From NCBI GenBank assembly GCA_013202525.1, contig JABMQS010000002.1:1-60297 (forward strand): 60,297 bases of DNA, read 5' to 3'. The notes below the pieces were generated by a model. The model had not been told where the DNA came from, did not search any database, and saw only the letters and a program-made list of their open reading frames with translations. This document shows positions 8,637 to 18,426 of the stretch, piece after piece (within the stretch, counting starts at the first letter, position 1; each line of letters begins with the position of its first letter). A program made the position numbers and the translations under genes. Origin of the DNA: Candidatus Omnitrophota bacterium (GTDB lineage Bacteria > Omnitrophota > Gorgyraeia > JABMRG01).

Positions 8637-9566
8637 ATGATTTTAGACTTAGTATTATTTATAGTGGGTATTGGATTGCTCTACATCGGCGGCGAGCTCT
8701 TTATCAAGGGCTCTTCGAGCGCTGCGCGTATATTTGGCATAAAGCCGCTCATTATCGGCGTTGTAGTCGTGGCATTTGCCACCTCATCCCCTGAGTTCTG
8801 CGTGAGTATACTGGCTGCCATAAGAAAGAGCAAGGATCTGGCATTAGGTAACGTTGTCGGAAGCTGTATTGCCAACATAGGCCTTGTGCTGGGACTGTCG
8901 GCATTGATCAAACCGATCAGCATAAAGGCAAACCTTTTGCGGCGCGAAGTGCCGATACTCTTTGTAGTCACAATAGGCTTTTTTATAATATGCGCTGATC
9001 TCAGGATAACAAAACCAGAGGCAGCTATACTCCTTGTGTCCCTTGCCGCCTTTATATTCTATTGTATAAGGCATGCAAAAGAAGAGGCCCCGGTGGAGAA
9101 GTCCGATGGTTTCAGGACCTATTCAAAACAGAAGTCCTTTATCTTTCTGTTGATAGGCCTGGCAGGGCTTGCATACGGAGCCAATCTCATAGTAGGTTCA
9201 GCCATAAGCTTGGCAAGGCATTTTGGCATTCGAGAAGTGGTCATAGGCCTGACAGCCGTTGCCATAGGTACCTCCTTGCCTGAACTGGCCGCATCGCTTA
9301 TAGCATCAAGACACGGAGAGGGTGATATAAGCGTCGGCAATGTTATCGGAAGCAATATATTCAATATCCTGGGCGTGATAGGGGTCGTCTGTCTTATAAG
9401 GCCTATAGCGGTTGAGCCGAATATATTGTATTTCAGCCTGCCGCTCCTGCTCTTGTATACATTTGCGCTGGCCCCTATACTGAAGACCGGCCTTAGGATC
9501 AGCAGGTTTGAAGGCGCTATCCTGCTGGTGAGTTACTTTTTTTACCTATACCTTATATTTAGATGA
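8637..9566 (+). CDS. Ca2+/Na+ antiporter, CaCA (YrbG-like) family
   Basis: The protein has ~10 predicted TM segments with two alpha-repeat signatures (GNVVGSCIANIGLVLG and GNVIGSNIFNILGVIG). Confidence 0.85.
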   Translation: MILDLVLFIVGIGLLYIGGELFIKGSSSAARIFGIKPLIIGVVVVAFATSSPEFCVSILAAIRKSKDLALGNVVGSCIANIGLVLGLSALIKPISIKANLLRREVPILFVVTIGFFIICADLRITKPEAAILLVSLAAFIFYCIRHAKEEAPVEKSDGFRTYSKQKSFIFLLIGLAGLAYGANLIVGSAISLARHFGIREVVIGLTAVAIGTSLPELAASLIASRHGEGDISVGNVIGSNIFNILGVIGVVCLIRPIAVEPNILYFSLPLLLLYTFALAPILKTGLRISRFEGAILLVSYFFYLYLIFR

Positions 9567-10561
9567 CGAATACATGTGAACATAAAGATTGTAAGCGGCG
9601 GCCATTGAGCCTTTCGGATTTCTGCTGGAGGCATATAGAGGATAAGAATGCCTACCGGCAGGAGCTTACCGATTATATCAGCACATCAGGTTCCATAAAG
9701 GATTTCTGCCTTCGCCGTCTGGAGTTTCCTGAGGCAGAATGGCAGAGCATAGATGCCGAAGGCGCAGATCTGGGCCTTGCTGATCTCGCCGGCGCAGATC
9801 TTACTGCCGCAAACCTGAAGGGTTCAAATCTTATCGGTGCAAATCTCCAGCAGGCGAATATGGCAAGCGTCGATCTGGAAGGCGCGCATCTTTTAAAAGC
9901 AGACCTGTCCGGCGCGCGCCTTTGGAACGCGCATATAAAGGACGCGACACTTGCAGAGGCAAATTTTCAAGAAGCCGACTTCTTAAAGGCGACACTCTCC
10001 GGAGTGCGGTTCTGGCATGTAAAGCTTGAGAAGGCAAAGTTCCTTACAAGGCATAATTTCATAGGCGATAAACCCATAGATGAGAAGGGCCTTCTGTCCG
10101 CGGGCGAGGCATATCGCAACCTGAAACAGCATTTTATGTCGGAGGGGAGGTATGATGATGCAAGCTGGGCTTCTTTTAAGGAGAAGCAGCTCGAGAGAAG
10201 GCAGCTCTTCAAAAGCAGGAAGCTGGCCTATATACCTTCGCTTCTTATGGCTGGACTGTGCGGTTACGGCGAGAAGCCCTATCGGGTAGTCATCTCTTCA
10301 GCGGTTCTCATATCATTATACAGCTTCGTCTATATCAGTTTAGGAGTACTGCATATTCCGGAAAGCTATGTACGCGGCGGCCTCAACTTTTGGGACTACT
10401 TGTATTTTAGTATTGTCACCTTTACGACAGTAGGCTTTGGAGATCTGGTACCTGTGCCTGTGCCCCTTTTTCAGATGCTTGTGGGCTCCGAGGCATTTAT
10501 AGGCGTCTTTATGATGGGCCTGTTTATATTTACCCTGGCGCGTAAGCATGCCGCGCGGTAA
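9563..10561 (+). CDS. Pentapeptide-repeat protein fused to a two-TM K+ channel pore
   Basis: The N-terminus has a Cys/His cluster (CEHKDCKRR...CWRH). Residues ~65-160 are A(D/N)LxG-type pentapeptide repeats. The C-terminal pore has the selectivity filter TTVGFGD. The ATGA start/stop overlap with the antiporter gene indicates translational coupling. Confidence 0.8.
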   Translation: MTNTCEHKDCKRRPLSLSDFCWRHIEDKNAYRQELTDYISTSGSIKDFCLRRLEFPEAEWQSIDAEGADLGLADLAGADLTAANLKGSNLIGANLQQANMASVDLEGAHLLKADLSGARLWNAHIKDATLAEANFQEADFLKATLSGVRFWHVKLEKAKFLTRHNFIGDKPIDEKGLLSAGEAYRNLKQHFMSEGRYDDASWASFKEKQLERRQLFKSRKLAYIPSLLMAGLCGYGEKPYRVVISSAVLISLYSFVYISLGVLHIPESYVRGGLNFWDYLYFSIVTFTTVGFGDLVPVPVPLFQMLVGSEAFIGVFMMGLFIFTLARKHAAR

Positions 10562-10583
10562 TGCTAACTAAAGGAGGACCCAG

Positions 10584-11069
10584 ATGTTAAAAGAGAGAAT
10601 AGACAATGAACTGAAAGAGGCGATGAAGGGCAAGGATGCTGTTAAGGTATCCACATTGCGTCTGTTAAAGGCGGCAATGTGTAATGACGAGATAGCAAAA
10701 AAAGAAGATCTCACAGATGATGATATCATGGCGGCGATAAAGAGGCAGATCAGTCAGCGCAAGGACTCCATAGAGGGCTTTGAGAAAGGCGGCCGTCAGG
10801 ACCTCGTTGAGAAAGAGAAGAAGGAACTCGAGATCCTCAAGGCCTATATGCCCGAGGAGATAGACCCGGGAGAACTGCTCGCCATAGTAAAAGAGGCCGT
10901 TGCCGAGACAGGCGCTGTCTCACCCAGGGAGATGGGTAAGGTCATGAAGGTTGTAATGGGCAAGGTAAAGAACAGGGCCGATGGAAAGACTATCAGCGCG
11001 CTTGTAAATAAAGAACTTGCCAAAAACACCCCGCCGCAGGAAGAAGATTCCCCAAAAGAGGGATCGTAA
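10584..11069 (+). CDS. GatB/YqeY domain-containing protein
   Basis: The N-terminus MLKERIDNELKEAMKGKDAVKVSTLRLLKAA and the ~150-aa size are typical of the YqeY family. An AGGAGG Shine-Dalgarno lies upstream. Confidence 0.85.
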   Translation: MLKERIDNELKEAMKGKDAVKVSTLRLLKAAMCNDEIAKKEDLTDDDIMAAIKRQISQRKDSIEGFEKGGRQDLVEKEKKELEILKAYMPEEIDPGELLAIVKEAVAETGAVSPREMGKVMKVVMGKVKNRADGKTISALVNKELAKNTPPQEEDSPKEGS

Positions 11070-11088
11070 TAATAGCCCGAGAGTTTAT

Positions 11089-11892
11089 ATGATAGCGACT
11101 GCGACTAAAAAGGCCCCCAGGCCAACAAAGCTTGAGTACTTCTTTTCAAAGAAGGTCGGCAAGGCCATCGCCATATATGATATGATACAGGACAATGATA
11201 AGATACTTGTCGGGATCTCCGGCGGAAAGGACAGCCTCTCGCTGCTCAAAACCCTGAAGTATAAACAGAAGAGACTCCCCATAAATTTTGATATAGTAGC
11301 ATGCTATGTGGATCTGGGTCTCGATGATGAGCGCTGCAGGGTTCTTGATGATTATCTTAAGGCGAGCGCATGTGATTATACTATAGAAAAGTCAAGGATG
11401 TGGGAGAGCAAAAAATCAAAGAACGAAAAGATGAGCCCCGCCCTTTCTGGAAATGGTAACGCAGAAGAAAGAAAGGGCGGGGTAAGCTGTTTCTGGTGTG
11501 CCTTCAACAGGCGCAAGCGCCTCTTCCAGACAGCTGAGAGGCTCGGCTGTAACAAGGTAGCGCTCGGCCACCACAAGGATGATATAGCAGAGACGTTTCT
11601 TCTCAATCTCTTCTTCCATGGTGAGATAAGCACGATGCTGCCAAAGCAGTCCCTCTTTGACGGCAGGCTTCATATAATAAGGCCCCTGGCGTTATGCGAC
11701 GAGAGGTACGTTGTAAGTTATGCAAAGGCGGCTGATTTTCCCATATTTAAAGACAAATGCCCCAATTCAGCAACATCAAAGCGCGTGCTTATGAAGAATA
11801 TTCTGCGCCAGGCCTCAAAGGCAAACAAAGATGTAAAGACAAATATATTTCGAAGCATGAAGAGGATAAAATCCGACTATCTAATCCGGTGA
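11089..11892 (+). CDS. ttcA: tRNA 2-thiocytidine biosynthesis protein TtcA-like PP-loop ATPase
   Basis: A PP-loop SGGKDS and Cys motifs (CFWCAFNRRKRL, KCPN) are present. The start is placed at ATG 11089 rather than ORF-track 11017, which would overlap the yqeY-like gene by 53 nt. Confidence 0.75.
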   Translation: MIATATKKAPRPTKLEYFFSKKVGKAIAIYDMIQDNDKILVGISGGKDSLSLLKTLKYKQKRLPINFDIVACYVDLGLDDERCRVLDDYLKASACDYTIEKSRMWESKKSKNEKMSPALSGNGNAEERKGGVSCFWCAFNRRKRLFQTAERLGCNKVALGHHKDDIAETFLLNLFFHGEISTMLPKQSLFDGRLHIIRPLALCDERYVVSYAKAADFPIFKDKCPNSATSKRVLMKNILRQASKANKDVKTNIFRSMKRIKSDYLIR

Positions 11893-11901
11893 GGTAAAAA
11901 T

Positions 11902-12900
11902 ATGGATACAGAGAAGAAGAAAGATAACAGTCCAAAAGGTTTTTCCGATGTATGGATGTTTGTAGCATGCGCCTCCTGCGTTTGTTTCTTTGTTAATTGG
12001 CTCAGGGTAAGCAGGGGCATGTCGATACCGGGCTTTATCGCTCCTTTTGTTATCGGCTTACTGGCCTTTTTCTTCCAGGCCTTTATGCATCAAAGGCCGC
12101 TTATCGAGCTCTATTCAAAAAGCCATCCTTATCGCAAACTGAAACCCTACGGTGTCATCAGCGCATTTTTATTATTTGAGTTTCTTCTTATGTGGGGCCT
12201 TTATACAAAGCAGATCGTTACAACAGGCACAGGCCTTTGCCTTATAAATCTTGTGTTTATCGGATTGATAGTCTACTACCATGCCTTTGTCAGAATGAAG
12301 GTAAGTTTGAGATTTCTGTTTTTGGCAATATTTATACCAATACTGGCGGGCGGCGCGGCACTGGGCCTGGGCAGCTATTTTATGATATTGAAATTTGTTG
12401 TGCCGGCACAGAAGGTAGGCAATGCGGTCTTCTTTAACACTCTCTACTGGATATTGTTCAGCATATTCCTGCAGATGATATGCGAGGAGCCCGCGTTCAG
12501 GGGATATCTCATGCAGAGACTGCTTGAGAAAGGTGAGATCTTTGCCATCGCGTTATCCGCTTCTCTGTTTGCCGCCTGGCGTATCTCTTTTATCATGTTT
12601 ACCGAGCTCAGCATGTCTTTTGTGCTTGTCATGTTCTGCGCGAACCTTATAATGGGCGCCATATTCGCGCTTCTATTTATAAAGTCAAGAAACCTCCTTG
12701 TGGCCATACTCTGTCATGGCCTTATAAACGGTTTCTTCAACAGTCTCTTTGCCCACAGCGCCAATCCGGGCATGAGGGAGTATGTCGAGTTTCTCATCCC
12801 GCAGGGCCAGGGCTATCTTGTCGTGCTTTGGTCTGGCTGTCTCTTTGTGGGTTTGATCCTGCTTACAATTATACCGCGCAAAAAATTTCATGCCTACTAA
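11902..12900 (+). CDS. CPBP-family intramembrane glutamic endopeptidase (CAAX protease-like)
   Basis: This is a polytopic membrane protein with the EEPAFRGY motif, a later FAAWR motif and a HGLINGF motif. Confidence 0.75.
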   Translation: MDTEKKKDNSPKGFSDVWMFVACASCVCFFVNWLRVSRGMSIPGFIAPFVIGLLAFFFQAFMHQRPLIELYSKSHPYRKLKPYGVISAFLLFEFLLMWGLYTKQIVTTGTGLCLINLVFIGLIVYYHAFVRMKVSLRFLFLAIFIPILAGGAALGLGSYFMILKFVVPAQKVGNAVFFNTLYWILFSIFLQMICEEPAFRGYLMQRLLEKGEIFAIALSASLFAAWRISFIMFTELSMSFVLVMFCANLIMGAIFALLFIKSRNLLVAILCHGLINGFFNSLFAHSANPGMREYVEFLIPQGQGYLVVLWSGCLFVGLILLTIIPRKKFHAY

Positions 12901-13525
12901 AGCCGTTATATTCGATATGGACGGGGTCCTGGTCGACAGCATGCGCTATCATGTCCTGGCCTGGCAGAAGACCTTCAGGCCGCTCGGTGTGGATATAACA
13001 GACCATGAGATCTATGCCAGAGAAGGTGAGGCATGGCACAAAAGCACAAAGGACTTCTTAAGGATGGGCGGGTACAGGCCCACGAGACCTTTGGTGGAGA
13101 AGGTCTTTAAGGAAAGGTGCAGGATATTCAAGGAGATATTCAGGCCCAGGATATTTCGCGGCGCAAAAGGCCTGCTGCGGTCATTGAAAAGAGAAGGTTT
13201 TAAATTGGGCCTGGTCACCGCGACTCCGGGTTGGGATGTGAAGAAGATGCTTACGCCCGCTATGATAGAGTTATTCGATGTTATGGTATGCGGGGGCGAT
13301 ACAAAAAAAGGAAAACCTCATCCTGAACCGTATCTCAAGGCATTAAAGAGGCTGAAGATAAAGCCGGAAGAGGCGGTAGTCATAGAGAACGCACCCTATG
13401 GCATAACTTCATGTAAATTAGCAGGGACAAGATGTATTGCTGTCACAACCTCCCTGCCTAAGAAATACCTCAAAGGCGCAGACGTGGTTGTCGATTCGCT
13501 CGCAGAAGTCGCGGATTTGGTTTAG
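12890..13525 (+). CDS. HAD-superfamily hydrolase (beta-phosphoglucomutase-like subfamily IA)
   Basis: Motif I is FDMDGVLVDS, motif II is VTAT, and a late KGKPHPEPY plus a C-terminal acidic motif region are present. Confidence 0.8.
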   Translation: MPTKAVIFDMDGVLVDSMRYHVLAWQKTFRPLGVDITDHEIYAREGEAWHKSTKDFLRMGGYRPTRPLVEKVFKERCRIFKEIFRPRIFRGAKGLLRSLKREGFKLGLVTATPGWDVKKMLTPAMIELFDVMVCGGDTKKGKPHPEPYLKALKRLKIKPEEAVVIENAPYGITSCKLAGTRCIAVTTSLPKKYLKGADVVVDSLAEVADLV

Positions 13526-13548
13526 CGTAACGCTTGCGATAAAAAGCA

Positions 13549-13577
13549 TTGCATGGTTTATGGATTTATTGTATTAT
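13549..13577 (+). promoter_or_regulatory. Candidate sigma-70 promoter for pckG
   Basis: TTGCAT (13549-13554), a 17-nt spacer and TATTAT (13572-13577) are present, with an overlapping TATAAT at 13575-13580. The element lies ~35 nt upstream of ATG 13616. Confidence 0.4.
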
Positions 13578-13615
13578 AATATACTTAATTTTCTAAAAGA
13601 AAGGGAATGTGACGT

Positions 13616-15391
13616 ATGACAGATCATAAGAAGCTCAAGGCATGGGTTAAGAAGTGTGCAGCGCTTTGCAGGCCCGATAAGATCGTATGGATAGATGGTT
13701 CCGCGGCCCAGAGAGCGCGTCTGGAAAAAGAGTCTATTGCCGCAGGTGAGATCCACAGGTTAAATCGGAAGAAGCTGCCCGGATGTTTTCTGCACCGCAC
13801 AGCCATAAATGATGTTGCACGCACAGAAGGCCTTACCTTTATATGCACGCCCACAAAGAAGGATGCCGGCCCCACAAATAACTGGATGGCACCGGATAAG
13901 GCATATGAGAAGGCCGGTGACATATTCCGCGGCTCTATGAAGGGCCGCACCATGTACGTGATACCCTTTTCCATGGGGCCCGTCGGTTCGCCTTTCAGTA
14001 AGATCGGTATTGAACTTACCGACAGCATATATGTTGTGTTGAATATGCTTATTATGACCAGGGCAGGGGATAAGGTCTTGAAACAGCTCGGGACAAATGG
14101 TGAGTTTACAAAATGTCTGCACAGCAAGGCAGACCTCGATATAAACCGCCGCCTTATCATGCACTTCCCGCAGGATAATACCATATGGAGCGTAGGCTCC
14201 GGGTATGGCGGAAATGTACTACTTGGTAAGAAATGCCTGGCTTTGCGCGTAGCCAGCTATCAGGCAAATCAGGAAGGCTGGATGGCAGAGCATATGCTGA
14301 TCATGGGTATAGAGGAGCCAGACGGCCGTATCCAATATATAGCGGCAGCTTTCCCAAGCGCATGCGGCAAGACGAATCTTGCCATGATGCTTCCGCCCAA
14401 GGGGCTCAAGAAAAAAGGCTACAAGATATGGACGGTCGGTGATGATATAGCCTGGATGCGTGTTGACTCAGACGGCAGGCTCTGGGCAATAAATCCTGAA
14501 TCGGGTTTCTTCGGTGTTGCCCCCGGCACAAATTCAAAGACAAACCCCAACGCCATGGCCACAGTAAACAGGAATACGATCTTTACCAACGTCCTGCTTA
14601 AACCGGATAATACAATATGGTGGGAAGACGGCGATGAGTCGGCTCCGCCAGAGGGCATAGACTGGAGAGGCGTACCCTGGAAGCCGGGTATGGTCGATGA
14701 TGAGGGAAAGACAATAAAGGGCGCACACCCAAACAGCCGTTTTACAGCCCCAGCAAAGCAGTGCCCAACAATATCTTACCGGTTAGAGCACCATCATGGC
14801 GTGCCTATATCTGCTATAATATTTGGCGGACGCCGGGCACATGTGGCCCCTTTGGTCTATGAGGCCTTTAATTGGGAACACGGTGTCTATGTCGGCGCGA
14901 CCATGGCATCAGAACGGACCGCTGCGCAGTTTGGAAAGCAGGGTGAGGTGCGCCGCGACCCCATGGCGATGCTGCCGTTCTGCGGTTATAATATGGCACG
15001 GTATTTCCGGCACTGGCTTGATATGGAGAAGAAGTTAGATAAAGCCCCGAAGATTTTCCACGTGAATTGGTTCAGGCAGGATAAGGACGGAAAGTTCTTA
15101 TGGCCGGGCTTTGGTGAAAACCTGAGGATCCTTGAATGGGTCCTGGACCGCTGCAATGATAAGGCCGGCGCGCGCAAGACACCCATCGGCTTTGTCCCCA
15201 ATCCTACTGATATCGACATGACAGGTTTAAAGCTCAGCAATGATAAGATGCGCGAGCTTCTTCTTGTCGATAAGAAGGAGTGGAAGCAGGAGCTTAAGGG
15301 CCAGAAGGAGTTTTTGAGCAGGTTCGAGAAGGACCTTCCGCAGGGTATAAAGAGGCAGTACCTGCTGCTTAAGAAGCGTCTCGGGGTCTGA
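13616..15391 (+). CDS. pckG: Phosphoenolpyruvate carboxykinase (GTP)
   Basis: The protein is full-length collinear with GTP-type PEPCK and has the kinase-1a loop FPSACGKTNLAM and the GDDIAWM motif. Confidence 0.95.
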   Translation: MTDHKKLKAWVKKCAALCRPDKIVWIDGSAAQRARLEKESIAAGEIHRLNRKKLPGCFLHRTAINDVARTEGLTFICTPTKKDAGPTNNWMAPDKAYEKAGDIFRGSMKGRTMYVIPFSMGPVGSPFSKIGIELTDSIYVVLNMLIMTRAGDKVLKQLGTNGEFTKCLHSKADLDINRRLIMHFPQDNTIWSVGSGYGGNVLLGKKCLALRVASYQANQEGWMAEHMLIMGIEEPDGRIQYIAAAFPSACGKTNLAMMLPPKGLKKKGYKIWTVGDDIAWMRVDSDGRLWAINPESGFFGVAPGTNSKTNPNAMATVNRNTIFTNVLLKPDNTIWWEDGDESAPPEGIDWRGVPWKPGMVDDEGKTIKGAHPNSRFTAPAKQCPTISYRLEHHHGVPISAIIFGGRRAHVAPLVYEAFNWEHGVYVGATMASERTAAQFGKQGEVRRDPMAMLPFCGYNMARYFRHWLDMEKKLDKAPKIFHVNWFRQDKDGKFLWPGFGENLRILEWVLDRCNDKAGARKTPIGFVPNPTDIDMTGLKLSNDKMRELLLVDKKEWKQELKGQKEFLSRFEKDLPQGIKRQYLLLKKRLGV

Positions 15392-15409
15392 AAATAAGAG
15401 GATTAGCAT

Positions 15410-15883
15410 ATGGCCATATTAGAGATAAGGAAGTATCCCGATAAGATACTACGCACAAGGTGCAAAGAAGTCGATCTGGTTGACGGGGAGATAAGAAGGC
15501 TGCTCGATGATATGGCTCAGACGATGTATGCTGTAAGCGGACTGGGCCTTGCGGCGCCGCAGGTCGGGCTTGACATGCGGCTGGCTACAATAGATGTGGG
15601 TGAGGGCCTTATCAAACTCGTAAACCCGGAGATCACGTCTAAGGAAGGAACTTCTGTTCTTGAAGAAGGCTGCCTGTCTCTGCCCAATGTACAGGTCAAT
15701 GTAAAGAGGGCGGCCAAGGTAACGGTCACAGCAATTGATACGGACAATAAGCCCGTGATGATCAAGGCGGATGGCCTTCTTGCGCATGCCCTGCAGCAGG
15801 AGATAGACCACTTAAACGGCAAGCTGATAATAGACTTCTTACCCTTCTACAAGAAGTTGTTTATCGAGAGACGCACCCGATGA
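15410..15883 (+). CDS. def: Peptide deformylase-like protein with a non-canonical metal motif
   Basis: Motif 1 [10 protein letters not shown] and motif 2 EEGCLSLP are present. Motif 3 reads QQEIDHLNG instead of QHExxH (see findings). Confidence 0.8.
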   Translation: MAILEIRKYPDKILRTRCKEVDLVDGEIRRLLDDMAQTMYAVSGLGLAAPQVGLDMRLATIDVGEGLIKLVNPEITSKEGTSVLEEGCLSLPNVQVNVKRAAKVTVTAIDTDNKPVMIKADGLLAHALQQEIDHLNGKLIIDFLPFYKKLFIERRTR

Positions 15884-15899
15884 TGAAAGGAAGGGCAAA

Positions 15900-16673
15900 A
15901 TGGCACTGGATGAAGTAAAGATTTCAAAGGCGATCATAGAAAACTACACAAAGAAGCTTCTGGATGCCCTGGATGTTGATGTAGCGATTGCCGGAGCAGG
16001 TCCTGCGGGTATCTGTTGTGCCTACTACCTTGCAAAGGCAGGTAAAAAAATAGCTCTGTTTGAAAGAAAGCTATCCGTGGGCGGCGGGATGTGGGGCGGC
16101 GGCATAATGTTTAATGAGATAGTTATTCAGCCGGAAGCGAAGAAGCTCCTCGATGAATTCGGAGTCAATACAAGGTTGTATGAAAAAGGCTATTATACGG
16201 CAGATTCTATTGAAGCCGTTTCTACGCTCTGCTCAAAGACTGTCAAGGCAGGGGCCAGGATATTTAACCTTGTTAGCGCAGAGGATGTTATGGTCAGGCA
16301 GAAACGTGTATGCGGCCTCGTGCTAAACTGGACATCGGTCGAGATGGCGAAGCTGCACGTTGACCCTATAACTATGCGGGCGCGGTTTGTTATCGATGCC
16401 ACCGGCCACGCCGCAGAGGTTGTGCGTATTGTCGAAAGAAAGTCGGGCATGAAACTTAACACAAAGACCGGGAAGATAGTCGGTGAGGGCTCTATGTGGG
16501 CAGAGGTCGCTGAGAGTACTACCGTTGATAATTCAAAGGAGGTCTGCAAAGGCCTTTATGTCACCGGCATGTCAGCAAATGCAGTATTCGGCGGGCCCAG
16601 GATGGGCCCGATATTCGGGGGTATGCTATTATCCGGAAAGAAGGTTGCTAAAGAGCTGATCAAAAGACTTTAA
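15900..16673 (+). CDS. thi4: Thiazole synthase Thi4 (archaeal-type, sulfide-dependent class)
   Basis: A dinucleotide-binding motif [18 protein letters not shown] and [12 protein letters not shown] are present. [10 protein letters not shown] has His where suicide-type eukaryotic Thi4 carries the donor Cys. Confidence 0.9.
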   Translation: MALDEVKISKAIIENYTKKLLDALDVDVAIAGAGPAGICCAYYLAKAGKKIALFERKLSVGGGMWGGGIMFNEIVIQPEAKKLLDEFGVNTRLYEKGYYTADSIEAVSTLCSKTVKAGARIFNLVSAEDVMVRQKRVCGLVLNWTSVEMAKLHVDPITMRARFVIDATGHAAEVVRIVERKSGMKLNTKTGKIVGEGSMWAEVAESTTVDNSKEVCKGLYVTGMSANAVFGGPRMGPIFGGMLLSGKKVAKELIKRL

Positions 16674-16697
16674 AGGCTGTAAAGCCGGGCATTCTTC

Positions 16698-16751
16698 AGG
16701 CAGGGGCCGATAGGCATAGATACTTATTCTATCAGTCCCTGCCTTATTTTA
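16698..16751 (+). terminator. Candidate intrinsic terminator after thi4
   Basis: AGGCAGGG (16698-16705) pairs with CCCTGCCT (16737-16744), with an inner GATAG/CTATC stem, followed by TATTTTAT. Confidence 0.4.
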
Positions 16752-16851
16752 TACCAGCTCTATTTTTTTATAGCAGATATAATTATAATATGTTATAGTA
16801 ATTGTAACTGAAATACTTAAAAAGAAGCTTAGCTAGCAGTGCGGAGAAGAT

Positions 16852-18420
16852 ATGAAGGTATGCCCTAAGTGTTCTGCGCAATATCCTGATATGTGGAATA
16901 TATGCGAAGCCTGCAAGGTCTCACTCAAGAAGGAGGGGCTTTTGCGAAAGGTCTTTGCCAAGCCCCGGCCGTGTCAGGTATCCACGCTCTCCTTGCTTGA
17001 AAATGTTATAGAGCAGTCTGATATAGTATTCCTTTATATCGATAAAGATAAGAGGCCGATGATAGGCAATCAGGCCGTGGAAGATATCCTTGGTTATGGC
17101 AGGGAGGAGCTTTTTAGAGATGACTGGCTCGACCTGCTTTTCAAGGATAAGGCCGCAAGGAAACTCATGTTTAAGGCTTTTCTCGATAGCTGCTTAAGGA
17201 GTATCAAATCGAGAGTTTATGAGTGCAGCGTCATGAAAAAAGACGGCGGGGAGTGCATCTTATCATGGCGAAACGCCGCCGTTACCGATTCATCCGGGGA
17301 TATCTCAGGGATAATATGTACCGCTTTTGATATAACCGAAGAGAAGAGTTCCGAAGATGATGTTGCCATACACTCTGAGCGCTTAAGGAATATCTTTGCC
17401 AGCATAAAGGATTATGCCCTTTTAACAACCAACCTCGAGGGAAAGATAACATATTATGGTAAGGGTACAGCTGAGCTGTTTGGCTGGAAGCAGGATATGA
17501 CCCTTAATGATATAGACCTGATATTTCCGGATGAGGTCAGGCAGAAGACGGCAGAGAGGCTAAAGAAGTCCATCGAGGAATACGGCAAGTTTGAGGGAGA
17601 GGCCATCTTATCGCGTAACAGCCAGGGGAATTTTCCTGCTGAACTTACGGTTACGGGATTACTGGATACGAGGGGCGAGAGAGTCGGTTATATATACGTA
17701 TCAAGGGATATAACCAGGAGAAAAGAGCTGGAGGAGCAGATGGTGCAGTCTGAAAAATTGGCAGCGATAGGCCAGCTCGCCGCCGGTGTGGCCCACGAGA
17801 TAAACAATCCGCTGCTGGTGATCTCGGGCAGGCTCGAGATGCTCACCATGAAGAATGATGATTTTCCCGACGATATCAAGCGTACGCTGGATACCATAAA
17901 GGGCCAGACAGAACGCATGAGGATCATTGTCGACAGACTGCTTTCTTATTCGCGCAGAAAGACGCCGCACATGGATGCGGTGGATGTAAATGAGATATTA
18001 AAGACGGTTTCGCCGCTCCTTGCCTATCACCCTGAGTTTAAGGGCATAACCTGGAAGGAAGAGCATGGAAAAGATCTTCCAAAGATCCACGGTGATTTTA
18101 ATCAGTTGCAGGAGCTGTTTTTGAATATCGGCCTCAATGCGTGCCAGGCCATGCAGAAGAAGGGGGCACTGGCCATAGTCTCCGAGGAGAAAAAGGACGG
18201 TTTTGTAGAGGTGAGGATCAAGGATACAGGGCCCGGTATCAAGAAAGAGGATATGGAGAAGATCTTTAATCCATTTTTTACTACAAAAGATAGCGGAACA
18301 GGTTTAGGGCTTGCCATATGCAATAGCATCATGAATGCCCATGGCGGCAAAATGGATGTTGTGAGTGAGCTTGGTAAAGGAACTACATTTAAACTGTCGT
18401 TTCCTGTTAAAAAGGAGTAA
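16852..18420 (+). CDS. Sensor histidine kinase (zinc-ribbon N-terminus, two PAS domains, HisKA, HATPase)
   Basis: The features are CPKCSAQYPDMWNICEAC, two PAS-like segments, the H-box AAGVAHEINNPL, the N-box LNIGLNACQAM and G-boxes DTGPGI / GTGLGLAI. No TM segment is seen, so it is probably cytoplasmic. Confidence 0.85.
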   Translation: MKVCPKCSAQYPDMWNICEACKVSLKKEGLLRKVFAKPRPCQVSTLSLLENVIEQSDIVFLYIDKDKRPMIGNQAVEDILGYGREELFRDDWLDLLFKDKAARKLMFKAFLDSCLRSIKSRVYECSVMKKDGGECILSWRNAAVTDSSGDISGIICTAFDITEEKSSEDDVAIHSERLRNIFASIKDYALLTTNLEGKITYYGKGTAELFGWKQDMTLNDIDLIFPDEVRQKTAERLKKSIEEYGKFEGEAILSRNSQGNFPAELTVTGLLDTRGERVGYIYVSRDITRRKELEEQMVQSEKLAAIGQLAAGVAHEINNPLLVISGRLEMLTMKNDDFPDDIKRTLDTIKGQTERMRIIVDRLLSYSRRKTPHMDAVDVNEILKTVSPLLAYHPEFKGITWKEEHGKDLPKIHGDFNQLQELFLNIGLNACQAMQKKGALAIVSEEKKDGFVEVRIKDTGPGIKKEDMEKIFNPFFTTKDSGTGLGLAICNSIMNAHGGKMDVVSELGKGTTFKLSFPVKKE

Positions 18421-18426
18421 GAGGAG

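Noticed and set aside
11017-11088. The upstream ATG (11017) as the ttcA start.
   Set aside because: It would overlap the yqeY-like gene by 53 nt and add a basic, non-conserved 24-aa extension. ATG 11089 gives a conventional N-terminus ahead of the PP-loop.
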